From Hyalangium minutum (GTDB lineage Bacteria; Myxococcota; Myxococcia; Myxococcales; Myxococcaceae): DNA of 62,000 nt. Position numbers and translations under genes: made by a program. Where the stretch lies: NCBI RefSeq assembly GCF_000737315.1, contig NZ_JMCB01000013.1:206001-268000 (forward strand), given 5' to 3'. This document shows, in pieces, positions 17,422 to 30,082 of this stretch. Positions within the stretch are counted from its first letter, which is position 1. Each line of letters opens with the position of its first letter. Below the pieces are notes generated by a model. It saw only the letters and a program-made list of their open reading frames with translations, made no database searches and was not told where the DNA came from.

Positions 17422-20031
17422 GTGCAGAGCCGCCCCGTCCAGTCCTCCGGCCGCCGCTTCCTCAAGCGGCTGGGGTTTGCCCTCCTTCAGACCGCCATCT
17501 TCGGCTCCCTGATTGGCGGGCTCGTCTACGTCCGCGTGCCGCGGACGCAGCTGGACTCAGAGGGGGCTCCGCAGACGGTCCTCACCTGGCTGGTGGGTCT
17601 TATCGAGCGCCCCGAGAGCCTCACCTATGACGCCCGCGCGCGAGCCCTTGGGGAGTCCCTCCAGCGGCAGCGCCTCAAGGATGCCCAGCACCCGGAGCGC
17701 GTCGTCGTCGTGACGGTGGACGACGACACCCTGAGCAACGCGCAACAGAGCCAGCACCGGGAGCTCGCCTCCTACCCTTGGCCCCGCGAGGTGATGGGCG
17801 GGATGACGCGCCGGCTGGTAGAGGAGGGCGCTTCCATCGTGTTGATCGACACGCTCTTCCCCGAGTTGAGCCCGCGCGGGTGCTTCACCCAGGATCCTCA
17901 GGCCGAAGGGGGCTCCGAAGAGGCCTCCGATGACGAGCTCTTCCGCAAGGGGCTCAGCCAGGATCCCGGCCGCTCCGTGCTCGCCTTCAGCTGGAGTGTC
18001 CCCCGGGCCAGCCCGCCCTCGTTCCAGCTGTGGCCCTACCGCGCACGCGTGGGCTCGCACCCGGGACAGGCCGACGCCCGCACCCAGGCCCAGCAGGTGC
18101 TCGCCCTGCAGCGGCCCGCCTTCCTCATTCCCTCAGGAGATCGGGTGGAGGTGTGGGCCGGCGTCGAGGATGAGCGCGAAGGCCAGGTGCTCGCCGCCAA
18201 GCTCGGCTCGCCCCCGGCCCCGGCCCTCGTCCGGGAGCGCCGCAGCGCGGATGACGCCTCGCGAATCACTCCGCTGGATCTCTTCGTCTCGCTGGCCGAG
18301 GTGGAGGTAGAGGGGCTCGATCCTTCCCTGTTGCTGAAGGTGCGCACGCTGCGCCACCCCGTGGTGCAACTGCTGGGCTCCCAGAGCCTCCTGGGCTCGG
18401 TGACGGCCTTCCCGGACGCCGATGGCGTCGTCCGGGGCATGCTCCACCTCGTCAATTACGAGCCCCGCGAGGGCGAACACCACATCCTCCCCTCGCAGCC
18501 CCTGGCCGCCGCCATGAAGCTGGCGGGCACCCGGAAGCTCCGCTACGCCGATGGCCGCCTCTCCGTGGGCGACGCCTACTCGTTCCCCATGGACGAGACG
18601 GGCTACAGCCTCACGCGCTGGGAGGCCGGAGACGCGGGCCGCACGGCGGGCGCCTCGGTGTTCCGCACCCTCCGCGCCTGGAACATCCTGCTCAACCTCT
18701 TCGATCTCCGCGAAGGCCGGCCGCCGCGCTCGGCGCATGATCTCGAGCAGCGCGCCGTCGTCCTCACGAACACCTCCACCTATGCCACCGAGTACCGCGC
18801 CACGCCCATTGGCGAGACGACGCCTCGGGGCGCCGTGCTCGCGCAGTCGCTGGAGAACATCCTTCAGTCCGAGGGCATCGTCCGGGCCCCGCCCCGGATG
18901 GACCTGTACCTGACGATGGGCATGGCCTTCTTCGGGGCCACCATCGCCTTCTTCTTCAGCCGCAGCTTCCGCTCCGGCTTCGGTGCCGTCCTCTACTTCT
19001 CCAGCGCGGTGGCCGCGCTCGTGGCCTACTACTTCGTGGCCCGCTACGTCTTCGTGGAGAAGCAGCTGTGGATCGCCGTCGCCGGTCCGCAGTTCGCCAT
19101 GGTGGCCACGTTCCTCCTCACCACCGTGTACACCGTCCGCACGGAGGACGAGATCCGCGACTTCGTCAACCACGCGCTCGGCCGCTACGTGAGCCCCGAG
19201 GTGGCCCGGCTCGTCACGAGAGATCTCTCCCTGCTGGTGCACCCCGAGCGCCGGCCGATGACGATCTTCTTCTGTGACATCGCCGGCTTCACCCGGCTCT
19301 CCGAGCAGATGGAGCCGCTGCGGCTCGTCCAGTTCCTCAACGAGTACCTCACGGAGATGACGCTGGCGGTGCGTGCCTCGGGCGGCCAGGTGGACAAGTA
19401 CATCGGCGACACGGTGATGGCCTTCTGGGGCGCCCCCGTGCGCACCGATCGCCATGCCCACCTGGCCTGTGACGCCTTCCTGAAGATGCACGCCCTGGTG
19501 CAGGAGCGCCAGGAGGCCTGGGTGAAGAAGTACGGCCAGCGCATCCTGTTCCGCGCTGGCATCAACAGCGGCGACGTCGTCGTGGGCGACATGGGCACCG
19601 AGCTCAAGTCCAACTACACCGTGTTCGGCGACGCCGTGGGCCTGGCCTCGTGGCTGGAGGGCTGCAACAAGTTCTACGGCACCGTGGCCCTGGTGGGGGA
19701 GGCGACCGCCCAGCTCGCTCGCGACGCCTACGTCTTCCGGGAGGTGGATCGCGTGCTGGTGAAGAACAAGCCCACGCCCATCCGTCTCCATGAGCTGCTC
19801 GGGCGCCACGGGGAGATCTCTCCGCGCATGCAGGAGCAGCTCGGCCTCTACGAGCAGGCGTTGACCGCCTATCACCAGCGCCGCTTCAACGAGGCGCTCG
19901 AATTGTTCGAGCGCTGCTCCTCGGAGTATCAGGACACCGTCGCAGCCGTGTATGCGGGCCGGTGCCGTCGCTTCCTCGTCAGCGCCCCGGCGGAGGACTG
20001 GGATGGCGTCTACGAAGTCGGGGAGAAGTGA
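17422..20031 (+). CDS. CHASE2-domain class III adenylate/guanylate cyclase with C-terminal TPR-like helix; catalytic Asn and Arg substituted
   Basis: CHASE2 motifs (VVVTVDDDTL, PWPREVMG, FPDADGVVR, TPRGAVLAQSLENIL), 3 TM, FCDIAGFT, DKYIGD; GDAVGLASW replaces GDxVNxAsR. Confidence 0.88.
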   Translation: MQSRPVQSSGRRFLKRLGFALLQTAIFGSLIGGLVYVRVPRTQLDSEGAPQTVLTWLVGLIERPESLTYDARARALGESLQRQRLKDAQHPERVVVVTVDDDTLSNAQQSQHRELASYPWPREVMGGMTRRLVEEGASIVLIDTLFPELSPRGCFTQDPQAEGGSEEASDDELFRKGLSQDPGRSVLAFSWSVPRASPPSFQLWPYRARVGSHPGQADARTQAQQVLALQRPAFLIPSGDRVEVWAGVEDEREGQVLAAKLGSPPAPALVRERRSADDASRITPLDLFVSLAEVEVEGLDPSLLLKVRTLRHPVVQLLGSQSLLGSVTAFPDADGVVRGMLHLVNYEPREGEHHILPSQPLAAAMKLAGTRKLRYADGRLSVGDAYSFPMDETGYSLTRWEAGDAGRTAGASVFRTLRAWNILLNLFDLREGRPPRSAHDLEQRAVVLTNTSTYATEYRATPIGETTPRGAVLAQSLENILQSEGIVRAPPRMDLYLTMGMAFFGATIAFFFSRSFRSGFGAVLYFSSAVAALVAYYFVARYVFVEKQLWIAVAGPQFAMVATFLLTTVYTVRTEDEIRDFVNHALGRYVSPEVARLVTRDLSLLVHPERRPMTIFFCDIAGFTRLSEQMEPLRLVQFLNEYLTEMTLAVRASGGQVDKYIGDTVMAFWGAPVRTDRHAHLACDAFLKMHALVQERQEAWVKKYGQRILFRAGINSGDVVVGDMGTELKSNYTVFGDAVGLASWLEGCNKFYGTVALVGEATAQLARDAYVFREVDRVLVKNKPTPIRLHELLGRHGEISPRMQEQLGLYEQALTAYHQRRFNEALELFERCSSEYQDTVAAVYAGRCRRFLVSAPAEDWDGVYEVGEK

Positions 20032-21121
20032 CGCCGTGGGCCGCTCTCGGCGCAGGGGTGCGTCCTGGGTGCTCGGAGGGGTGCTCGCGGGGGCTCTCTC
20101 GGCGTGCCAGGCGGGGAACACGCCTGCGCTGCTCGCCCGGGCCGAGCAGAGCCTCGAGGAAAGCCGGGGCCAGCTGAGCCGCGAGCTGGATCAGCGCAAG
20201 GGGGTGGGCCTCATGGGGGCCTCGCTCACCGGGTGCTCCCTGGAGCGCCGCAAGGCCTACGAGCTGGACGCCGAGCAGGAGGCCACCTTGGGCCAGGCCG
20301 TCGCCGCGCGTCAGCTTGCGCTGCTGGGCGTCGAGCCGCTGCCCACCACGGAGCCGGTGGCGCGTTACGTGGATCAGCTCGGGCAGTACCTCGCGCTCGT
20401 GGCCGCAGCGGTAGGCAACGCCAACGGCCCGGATCGCGCCAGCGGACCCGAGCGGGCCCTCGACAACCGCCCCTGGCCTCACGCGGGCTACCAGTTCCAG
20501 GTGCTGCCGCTGGAAGAGCCGCGGGCCTCGGGATCTCCCGGGGGCATCGTCTTCATTTCCACGGGCTTCCTGCGCGCGATGGGCAGCGAGGAGGAACTGG
20601 CTGCGGTGCTGTCCCATGAGCTGGCCCACCTGCAGCGCGGGCACGGCGTAGAAGCCATCAAGGCTGCCCTGTGTGACTACGAAGCGCGCCAGGAGTCCTC
20701 GGCCAAGCTTCAGTCCTTCAATCAGCGTCTCAAGCTGCAGCGCCAGACGGCCGCTGCAGGCTCTCGGACGGCGGAGGAGGCGGCGAACCTCTCCCGCGAG
20801 GGCTTCCCCGAGGGGCTCGAGTTGGAGGCGGACCGTATTGCCGTGCGCATTCTGCTGGCCGCGGGGTACGACGCCCGAGCCTTCACCGGGCTGCTCCAGC
20901 GTCTCAACCTGGAGGCCCCCGCCAAGCACCCCTGGCGCCGCACGCACCCGCAGCCTCGGGAGCGGGTGGCGGTGGTGGAGGAGCGGCTGAAGGCGCTCGG
21001 GCCTTCGCAGGCCTGGCCCACACCCGAGACGGTGGCTTCACGAACCCAGCGCTTCCACGAGGCCATGAGCGTACTGCCCACCCCGGTGGCAGGACCGCAA
21101 TCCCTCCTCCCGCCCCCGTAG
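20003..21121 (+). CDS. M48 family Zn metalloprotease lipoprotein
   Basis: Lipobox ALSAC; HELAH zinc motif plus ELEAD; THPQPRERV. ATG 20003 with GGAGG RBS overlaps the cyclase end. Confidence 0.85.
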   Translation: MASTKSGRSDAVGRSRRRGASWVLGGVLAGALSACQAGNTPALLARAEQSLEESRGQLSRELDQRKGVGLMGASLTGCSLERRKAYELDAEQEATLGQAVAARQLALLGVEPLPTTEPVARYVDQLGQYLALVAAAVGNANGPDRASGPERALDNRPWPHAGYQFQVLPLEEPRASGSPGGIVFISTGFLRAMGSEEELAAVLSHELAHLQRGHGVEAIKAALCDYEARQESSAKLQSFNQRLKLQRQTAAAGSRTAEEAANLSREGFPEGLELEADRIAVRILLAAGYDARAFTGLLQRLNLEAPAKHPWRRTHPQPRERVAVVEERLKALGPSQAWPTPETVASRTQRFHEAMSVLPTPVAGPQSLLPPP

Positions 21122-21132
21122 GCGCGAGCGGT

Positions 21133-21489
21133 CTACGGATCCTCGTCCGGGTTGCCGAAGAGCTCGCGGATGGGCTTGTCCTCGGCAATGTGCTCGGTCA
21201 CCACCCGGCGCATCTTCTCGGGCGTCATCCGCGAGTAATAAACCTCCCCAGGCCAGCCCATGAGCTGGAAGTCCTCGGGAGAGAGCGGATCCCGCTTGCG
21301 CCCGGTGTCCTCGCGGATCACCACGTTGGGGCCCATGTGGCAGAAGCCGTAGCAGCCGCCCCGGTACGCCTCGCAGCGCGGAACGAGGGCTCGCTGGGCG
21401 AGTTCCTCCTTGGCCGCGGCGAACACGGCATCGGACCCGTTGCCCTTGCAGTCCATGCCTTTGCACACGGAGAGGCGGTAGCGCTTCAT
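21133..21489 (-). CDS. Thioredoxin-like [2Fe-2S] ferredoxin
   Basis: C-x4-C-x31-C-x3-C (VCKGMDC...GCYGFCHMGPNVV; YSRMTPEK). Confidence 0.85.
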   Translation of the reverse strand: MKRYRLSVCKGMDCKGNGSDAVFAAAKEELAQRALVPRCEAYRGGCYGFCHMGPNVVIREDTGRKRDPLSPEDFQLMGWPGEVYYSRMTPEKMRRVVTEHIAEDKPIRELFGNPDEDP

Positions 21490-21559
21490 CGGGTTCACCC
21501 TACGGGAGTTGCCAGAGACGGGGAAGAGGCGGCCAGGCGAGCGGCCCCCTGAAACGGCA

Positions 21560-21604
21560 CCGGCCCGCGTCCGCTTCCTCGGCAGAGGGAGCAGGGCGGG
21601 CCGG
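21560..21604 (-). terminator. Hairpin downstream of nuoI
   Basis: ccggcccgc / gcgggccgg outer stem and gcttcctc / gagggagc inner stem. Confidence 0.55.
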
Positions 21605-21622
21605 AGCACCCAGCGCGTGGGG

Positions 21623-22342
21623 TTACTTGTGCTTCGGAGCCGTGCCCGCGTGCAGCTGCTTGGGCTCGTGGCCCTTGCCCACGGCGTGCGGCGTCTTGAG
21701 CTGCACCAGGCCCTCGCCAATGCGCGTGTGGGCCTCCTTGTGCACGTGGTGCGGCTCCTCGGAGCCCTCGCGCTTGTTCCACGGATCCGACGGGTGCGAC
21801 ACCGCCGGGCCCTTCAGCAGCTTGGGGATGTCGTACACGAAGCCCTGGCGGTTGTACTCGGGCTTGGTGTGCTCGTAGGTGTCCATGCGGATGGCGTCCT
21901 TGGGGCACGCCTCCACGCACAGGCCGCAGACGATGCAGCGCAGCTCGTCGATGACGAACTGAGTGGGGTACTTCTCGATGACGCGAGACTCACCCTCCTT
22001 GTCCGCGTGCTCGTACTCACCCGCCTCGATGTAGATGCACTGCGCCGGGCAGATGGTGGCGCACATGTAGCAAGCCACGCAGCGCGGCTTGCCATCATCC
22101 CGAGGAACCAGGCGGTGCAGCCCGCGGTAGCCGGGAGGGTAGGGGATCTTCTCTTCCGGGTACTCGACGGTGGTGATGAGGCTGGTGCCCTTGCGGTCCA
22201 CCACCGAGGTGTTCGTGTCGCGCGTTCCGAAGAGGTTCCGGAAGAAGTGGCGCGCGGTGATGCCCAGCCCCTTGAGGAGCTCCGGGAGATAGGCCCGCTC
22301 GCGGACATCCGTGCGGGGATCTTGGGTCGCCTTGTAGCCCAT
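21623..22342 (-). CDS. nuoI: NADH-quinone oxidoreductase subunit I
   Basis: [34 protein letters not shown]. Confidence 0.95.
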   Translation of the reverse strand: MGYKATQDPRTDVRERAYLPELLKGLGITARHFFRNLFGTRDTNTSVVDRKGTSLITTVEYPEEKIPYPPGYRGLHRLVPRDDGKPRCVACYMCATICPAQCIYIEAGEYEHADKEGESRVIEKYPTQFVIDELRCIVCGLCVEACPKDAIRMDTYEHTKPEYNRQGFVYDIPKLLKGPAVSHPSDPWNKREGSEEPHHVHKEAHTRIGEGLVQLKTPHAVGKGHEPKQLHAGTAPKHK

Positions 22343-22368
22343 GACAGTCCTTGTCTTTCCTCGGAAGC

Positions 22369-23883
22369 CTAATGCGTGGAGGCCGTGTGTGCACCTGCGT
22401 GGGCCGGGGCGTGCCCGCCCAGCGTCGCCGAGGCGTGGCCCGCCGCCGGCAGCGCGTGGCCGTGAGCCGCACCCGGCAGCCCGTGCGCGTCATGTCCACC
22501 GCCGTGGCCCAGGGCGCCGTGGCCCCCGCCGTGGCCGGGCTCACCCTTGACCATCTCCTTGCTGGAGAGCGTCAGGGCCACCAGCACGCCAATCTGGAAG
22601 AGCCCGAACAGCGCCAGGTAGCGCAGCGAGGGATCCCACAGCACCAGCGCGCCGCTGATGAACACGTTGGCCAGGCCCACGGGCAGCAGCATCTTCCAGC
22701 CCAGCGTCTGGATCTGATCGTAGCGGAAGCGGGGGAACGTCCAGCGGATGAGCAGCTGCAGGAAGCACAGCAGCAGCACCTTGATCCAGAAGATCGTCCC
22801 CATCAGCGTGGCGTACACCAGCGGGTAGTCCCGCAGGTGGCTGGCCACCCACTCGCCGCCGAAGGGCAGGTGGTAGCCGCCAAAGAAGAGCGCCGCGACG
22901 ACGCCCGACAGCACCACCACCTCGACGAACTCGGAGATCATGAACAGGCCGAACTGCATGCCCGAGTACTCCACGAAGTAGCCGATGATCTCGGACTCAC
23001 CTTCCGGCACGTCGAACGGGGCGCGCTTCGTCTCGGCGAAGGCCGCCGCGAAGAAGCCGATGAAGCCAATGGGCTGCAGGATGATGCCCCACGTCGGCAG
23101 GCCGAAGTCGAAGCCCTCGCCCGCGGCGCCGCCCGTCCACTGCCACAGGTAGCGCGCCTGGCCGGAGGCCTCGCTGCCCGTCTCCGCCGCCAGCGCGCCG
23201 ACGATGGACGGCAGCTGCACGGAGGAGAACGCCAGCATGAGGCCCACCAGCGACAGGCCCAGCGCCACCTCGTAGGAGATCATCTGCGAGGAGGCGCGCA
23301 CGCCGCCCAGCAGGGCGAACTTGTTGTTGGAGGCCCAGCCGGCCAGCGCCGTGCCGTACACCGCCAGCGAGGCGATGGCGAACAGGTAGAGCAGGCCGAA
23401 GTCCGGGGTGGCCACCACCATGTCCACGTTGTGGCCGAACACCTGCACCGAGGGGCCCGCGGGGACGATGGCGAACAGGGCGAACACCGGCCCGAACGCC
23501 AGCAGAGGCCCCAGGTTGAACAGGAACTTGTTCGCGTTCTCCGGCCGGAAGGCCTCCTTGGTCAGCATCTTCAAGGAGTCCGCCGCCACGAAGGGCAGGC
23601 CCGCCAGCGAGCGGTTCTTCAGGCCCGGCAGGGCGATGCGCGCGCGGTTCGGGCCGATGCGGTCCTGCATCAGCGCGCTCCACTTGCGCTCGGCCAGCGT
23701 GAGCAGCGTGGCGATGACCATCACGAACAGGAGCATCAGGAAGATGATGTTCGTGAGCCGGCTGGCGCCGGTGAACAGGTACTGCTCCGCCAGGCCACCC
23801 ACCACGTAGGTGCCGAGCACCACGGCGGCGAGCAGGCCGATGATGAAGCCGATGGCGAAGAGGACAGTGAGAATGCGAGCCAT
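22369..23883 (-). CDS. nuoH: NADH-quinone oxidoreductase subunit H with His/Gly-rich C-terminal tail
   Basis: [54 protein letters not shown]. Confidence 0.95.
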   Translation of the reverse strand: MARILTVLFAIGFIIGLLAAVVLGTYVVGGLAEQYLFTGASRLTNIIFLMLLFVMVIATLLTLAERKWSALMQDRIGPNRARIALPGLKNRSLAGLPFVAADSLKMLTKEAFRPENANKFLFNLGPLLAFGPVFALFAIVPAGPSVQVFGHNVDMVVATPDFGLLYLFAIASLAVYGTALAGWASNNKFALLGGVRASSQMISYEVALGLSLVGLMLAFSSVQLPSIVGALAAETGSEASGQARYLWQWTGGAAGEGFDFGLPTWGIILQPIGFIGFFAAAFAETKRAPFDVPEGESEIIGYFVEYSGMQFGLFMISEFVEVVVLSGVVAALFFGGYHLPFGGEWVASHLRDYPLVYATLMGTIFWIKVLLLCFLQLLIRWTFPRFRYDQIQTLGWKMLLPVGLANVFISGALVLWDPSLRYLALFGLFQIGVLVALTLSSKEMVKGEPGHGGGHGALGHGGGHDAHGLPGAAHGHALPAAGHASATLGGHAPAHAGAHTASTH

Positions 23884-25766
<1,883 letters not shown>

Positions 25767-25770
<4 letters not shown>

Positions 25771-27017
25771 TGCTCGACCTCGCCGCCGATCATGTTGATC
25801 ATGTCAAAGGTGGGAATGAGGTCCGCCAGCATCTTCCCCTCGATGATCTGAGGAATGGCGGAGAGGATGGGGAAGCCCGGCGCGCGGACGTGGACCTTGT
25901 AGGGCCGGCCGCCGCCGTCGCTCACCAGGTACCAGCCCAGCTCGCCGTTGGCCGCCTCGGTGCTGTCGTACACCTCGCCCGGCGGCACCGGGATGCCCTC
26001 CATCACCAGCTTGAAGTGCGACATGACACCTTCGATGGTGCCGTACACCTCGGGCTTGGGCGGCAGGGCGATGCGCCAGTCATCCACGATGATGGGGCCG
26101 CTGGGCAGCTTGGCCAGCGCCTGCCGGATGATGCGATCCGACTGCTTCATCTCCTCGAGCCGCATGATGTAGCGGTCGTAGTTGTCGCCGTGCGTGCCCA
26201 CCGGCACATCGAAGTCCAGCTGGCTGTAGACCCAGTAGGGCTTGGCCTTGCGCACGTCGTAGTCCACGCCAGCGGCGCGCAGGCAGGGGCCGGTGAAGCC
26301 AAAGTCCAGGGCATCCTCGGCGGAGAGGAGGCCGGTGCCCTTCATGCGGTCCACGAAGATGCGGTTCTTCATCAGCAGCCCCTCGACCTCCACGAGGAGC
26401 TCCTGGATCTTGTCCAGGGACTTGATCGTCTTCGGGATCCACCCCTCGGGCAGGTCGCGGTTGAGGCCGCCCACGCGCCCGTAGCTGGTGGTGAGGCGCG
26501 CGCCGGTCAGCTCCGTCACGCGGTCCATGATGAGCTCACGGCCCTCGATGGCGTAGAGGAACGGAGCGAACCCGCCGAGCTCCAGCGCCGTGGCGCCCAC
26601 GCACGTGAGGTGATCGTGCATGCGGTGCAGCTCGGAGGCGATCACGCGGATGTACTGGGCGCGCTCAGGGATCTCCAGGCCGATGAGCTTCTCCACGGCG
26701 TTGAGGAACCCGAAGTTGTTCATCATCGCCGAGTTGTAGTTGAGCCGGTCCGTGTACGGCAGACACTGCGTCCACGTGACGTTCTCGCAGCTCTTCTGGA
26801 AGCCTCGGTGGAGGAAGCCGATCTCCGGGTCGGCCTTGATGATCGTCTCTCCCTCCAGCTCCACCTTCATGCGCACGGTGCCGTGCATGGCGGGGTGAGA
26901 GGGGCCCATGTTGATGTACATCCGCTTGGGCTGGAGGTGAGCCTCCAGCTCCGACTCGTGGGCGTACGCGTCGGTGTCCGGGTTGGGCGCTTCAGGCTGC
27001 TTGGAAGGGTCCGACAT
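25767..27017 (-). CDS. nuoD: NADH-quinone oxidoreductase subunit D
   Basis: NMGPSHPAMHG, GFLHRG, YTDRLNY, C-terminal GGEVE. Confidence 0.96.
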
Positions 27018-27054
27018 GGAGGAGAGTCCTCGGAAGGCGAAAGGGGCCGGGGCT

Positions 27055-27588
27055 TCAGGAGAGGCCGCTGGTGCCGGGGCCGCGGAAGATGTCCTTGATG
27101 GGGCGCTCGGGGATCAGCGGCTGCCGGTCGCGCAGGGCGTAGTCCTTGCGCAGCGGGTGCCCCTGGAACTCGTCGTACATGAGGATGCGGCGCAGATCCG
27201 GATGGCCCACGAACTTGATGCCGTAGAAGTCGTAGGTGAGGCGCTCCCACCAGTTGGCGCCCTTGTAGAGAGGAACCAGCGAGGGCACCTCGGGAGTCGT
27301 CTCGGTGACGCGCACCTTGAGGCGCACGTGCTCGTTTCGCGTGAGCGAGTAGAGGATGTAGATGATCTCGAAGCGCGGATCGCTCTCGGCCAGGTGCAGC
27401 CGGTCCACGGCATCGATGGAGCCGAAGAGCTTGAAGTTCAGCTCCGGATCATTGCGGAGATACGCCGCCACCTTCGGCAGGTGCTGAGCATGGATGACGG
27501 CCCAGGCGCCGCCGGCCCTGTCGTCGTAGCGCTCCGCGACCGCCTCCGGAAGGTGGGCGGAGACCCTGTCCAACGCGAATGTGCTCAA
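27055..27588 (-). CDS. nuoC: NADH-quinone oxidoreductase subunit C
   Basis: ANWWERLTYDFYGIKFVGHPDLRRILM..GHPLRKDY; TTG start. Confidence 0.95.
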   Translation of the reverse strand: MSTFALDRVSAHLPEAVAERYDDRAGGAWAVIHAQHLPKVAAYLRNDPELNFKLFGSIDAVDRLHLAESDPRFEIIYILYSLTRNEHVRLKVRVTETTPEVPSLVPLYKGANWWERLTYDFYGIKFVGHPDLRRILMYDEFQGHPLRKDYALRDRQPLIPERPIKDIFRGPGTSGLS

Positions 27589-27620
27589 AAGGGGGCCCCA
27601 ATGGCAGAAGAATCCGCGGC

Positions 27621-27649
27621 TTTATAGGGAGGGCAGCCCGCAGCGTCAA
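27621..27649 (-). promoter_or_regulatory. sigma70 promoter TTGACG-N17-TATAAA for nuoCDGHI
   Basis: Plus strand shows tttata (27621-26) and cgtcaa (27644-49), exactly 17 nt apart. Confidence 0.8.
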
Positions 27650-27702
27650 CGTAAAACCCCCAGCCATGTAGGGCACTTACGCGCGCTAGAAGCGAGGGGG
27701 CC

Positions 27703-29049
27703 TCAGGCGGCGGCGGAGGTGCCCCCAGGGCGGGCGGATCCGTGGGGCTCGGGAATGAAGAGCGAGACGGGCAGCGTCTTGCCGGGGACGGTGGCCGGGG
27801 GGGCCTCTCGCCAGAGGAAGGCCTCTCCCGCCTGCTCACGGGTCGTCCGGGACACCAGCACGGGGGCGCCCGCCGTCTTGGTGAGGCGCTCAATGCGGCT
27901 GGCCAGGTTCACGGTGTCGCCAATGGCGGTGTACTCCAGGCGCCGGGTGGAAGAGCCGATGTTGCCCAGCACCACGGGCCCAGTGTGGACACCTACACCC
28001 ATTCGCAGGCCTGGCTCGCCCCGGGCGGCGCGCTCGGCGTTGACGGCCTCGAGCTCGGCCACCATGTCCAGGGCGCACTGCACGCCCCGCCGGGCATGCT
28101 CGGCATCCGCGATGGGAGCGCCGAAGTACACCATCAGTGCGTCGCCGATGAACTTGTCGAGCGTGCCGCCATGGCGGAATACCACCTCCACCATGCGCCC
28201 GTAGTACTCGTTGAGGATGGCCACCACCTGCTGGGGGGGCAGGCGCTCGCTGAGGGCGGTGAAGTCCCGGATGTCGGCGAACAGGAGCGTCACCTCGCGC
28301 AGCTCTGGGTGGGTCTTCGAGATGGCCAGATCCTGGAGCCGCTCGGCGACGGCAGGGGAGAAGTAGCGGCCGAGCCGGGCCCGCTTGAGCTCCTCGCGCG
28401 TGACGGCCGAGAGCAGGGCGCGGATGCGCAGCAGCAGGTGGGAGGCGCCCGCGGCGCTGGCTGCCAGGACGACCACGGCGGCCACCTGCGCGCCGATGGC
28501 GATGCCGGCCTGCTGTTGGAGCAGCACCTCCGTGATGGCCGCGACCCCGGTGACCGCCAAGGTCCCCAGGCGGCGCAGGGAGAGGGCGGACAGGAGGATG
28601 AGGCAGACGTAGATGCCCAGGGTGAAGCCCGCCACGCCGCCTGGGGAGGGGGAGAGGGGCAGTGACAGGGTCTGGAGCCAGAAGATGGCGGGGACGTCGA
28701 CGAGGGCCAGCGTCATGCCGGACCAGCGCGCGATCCACTGGAAGTGGTAGACGCCGCCCAGGACGAGTGCGGTGACGGCCCAGTACGCAGCGAAGGGGGT
28801 GGAGTAGATGGCCCAGTCGGCGAGCCCGCGCAGGAAGCCCAGGTAGAGGGTGACGGCGAAGACGGCAGAGACGGCGAGGAAGCGCACCCACGACAGATGG
28901 AGCGCATTTCGCGCCCGCTCAGTGTCGAGTGCCCGCGAGAGGCTCTGCTCGGTAGTGGGCGCTGCCGCTTCCTTCATGACGCCGGGCGTCCCTCCCGCTG
29001 TCCGTGTCAGCCGCTGGCACACTGTGGCACGGGTTGGGCGACCGTGCAC
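27703..29049 (-). CDS. 6-TM membrane class III adenylate cyclase (intact catalytic set)
   Basis: Six hydrophobic helices; [27 protein letters not shown]. Start is GTG 29049 (TAGGAGGT RBS) or ATG 28977. Confidence 0.9.
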   Translation of the reverse strand: MHGRPTRATVCQRLTRTAGGTPGVMKEAAAPTTEQSLSRALDTERARNALHLSWVRFLAVSAVFAVTLYLGFLRGLADWAIYSTPFAAYWAVTALVLGGVYHFQWIARWSGMTLALVDVPAIFWLQTLSLPLSPSPGGVAGFTLGIYVCLILLSALSLRRLGTLAVTGVAAITEVLLQQQAGIAIGAQVAAVVVLAASAAGASHLLLRIRALLSAVTREELKRARLGRYFSPAVAERLQDLAISKTHPELREVTLLFADIRDFTALSERLPPQQVVAILNEYYGRMVEVVFRHGGTLDKFIGDALMVYFGAPIADAEHARRGVQCALDMVAELEAVNAERAARGEPGLRMGVGVHTGPVVLGNIGSSTRRLEYTAIGDTVNLASRIERLTKTAGAPVLVSRTTREQAGEAFLWREAPPATVPGKTLPVSLFIPEPHGSARPGGTSAAA

Positions 29050-29115
29050 GTTGCGTACCTCCTAAGAGGGCTCGTCTGTCCGGTTGGTGAGCTTTTGGGA
29101 AACAGAACCAGGTGG

Positions 29116-29134
29116 GTAGGCTCAAGTAGGCTCA
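29116..29134. repeat. Direct repeat GTAGGCTCA x2, 10-bp period
   Basis: gtaggctca-a-gtaggctca in the intergenic region upstream of the cyclase. Confidence 0.6.
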
Positions 29135-29194
29135 GGCGTGGCGAGTCTCGTACCCTTCGACGCCGCAGTCATCGCAGCCGAACGGGTAGGAGGC

Positions 29195-30082
29195 CTAATT
29201 CGGCTGACAGACAAAGGGCCGGTCTGGCCTGTGTTGCCTGCAGACGTAGCCCTCAATGCACGCGTGGGGATCCTTTGGATCACACGGGGGCCTGCACCGC
29301 CATGCGTCGCAGATCAATCCGTCCCTGCACGAGGGATAATCCTCACCACACCGTTCCAGGCACTCCATCCACGCCTTATCGGGACGGGCGGGCTCTCGGA
29401 GCACCACGCACTCGCCGCCTCGCGGACAGGGAGCTTGTTGGCACTGGGGGCCATAAACGTGCGCGCACACGGAGACGCCTTCCTCGTACCGGACGCAGTG
29501 CTGATCCTCTGGGCACCCGCGTGTCTCACACGTAGGCAAGCACACCGGCTCTGGCGCTGTGTCCGCGCAAAAGAAGCCAGCGGGACACGCTGCGGCATCC
29601 TCTGTCTTGCAGGGCCGAGCACACCACGGTTTGCGAAGGCCGCCGCAAATCAATCCCGGCGCGCAGGCATCGTCGCGGCTCTCCCCCAACACATAGCAGG
29701 GCTCCCCTTCCTGCCGAACGCCCAAGGGTACGCAGTACCGCACCAAGGGGCCGTCTTCCACCGTGGCGATGGTGTGGCAGACTTGGCCGTCGGGGCATTG
29801 CGAGTCTGCGGTGCACTGACTGTCGGTGCAGATCTGCCGCCTGTAGCGCAATTCGGTGACGCACCCGAGAGGAGGCTCACACGGCTGACCGGCCCCGCAG
29901 CTGCGGCGGTACGTTAGGAACTGCGCGCGCTCCTCTGAGGTCAGCATTGGGCTGATACGCCTGCCACCCGCGCCCTTTTCAGGAAGGGTGGGCCGTAGCA
30001 CGCCGCCCAATAATATGGCGAGGGGCACTGGCAGCAGCAGACTGGCAAGAGTCGCCAGCAGGGGACGCCAGCTCACCCGCAT
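29195..30082 (-). CDS. Cys-rich (32 Cys) exported protein with N-terminal membrane anchor
   Basis: Hydrophobic N-terminus followed by repeated C-x5-C-x2-G-x2-C-type modules; ATG overlaps the upstream small ORF by 10 nt. Confidence 0.8.
   Translation of the reverse strand: MRVSWRPLLATLASLLLPVPLAILLGGVLRPTLPEKGAGGRRISPMLTSEERAQFLTYRRSCGAGQPCEPPLGCVTELRYRRQICTDSQCTADSQCPDGQVCHTIATVEDGPLVRYCVPLGVRQEGEPCYVLGESRDDACAPGLICGGLRKPWCARPCKTEDAAACPAGFFCADTAPEPVCLPTCETRGCPEDQHCVRYEEGVSVCAHVYGPQCQQAPCPRGGECVVLREPARPDKAWMECLERCGEDYPSCRDGLICDAWRCRPPCDPKDPHACIEGYVCRQHRPDRPFVCQPN

Noticed and set aside
21133-21489. Calling the ferredoxin nuoE
   Set aside because: Only 118 aa, lacks the NuoE N-terminal helical domain, and is separated from nuoI by a hairpin.
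29138-29917. 259-aa plus-strand ORF
   Set aside because: Antisense to the Cys-rich gene, whose regular Cys pattern and coupled start make it the real CDS.
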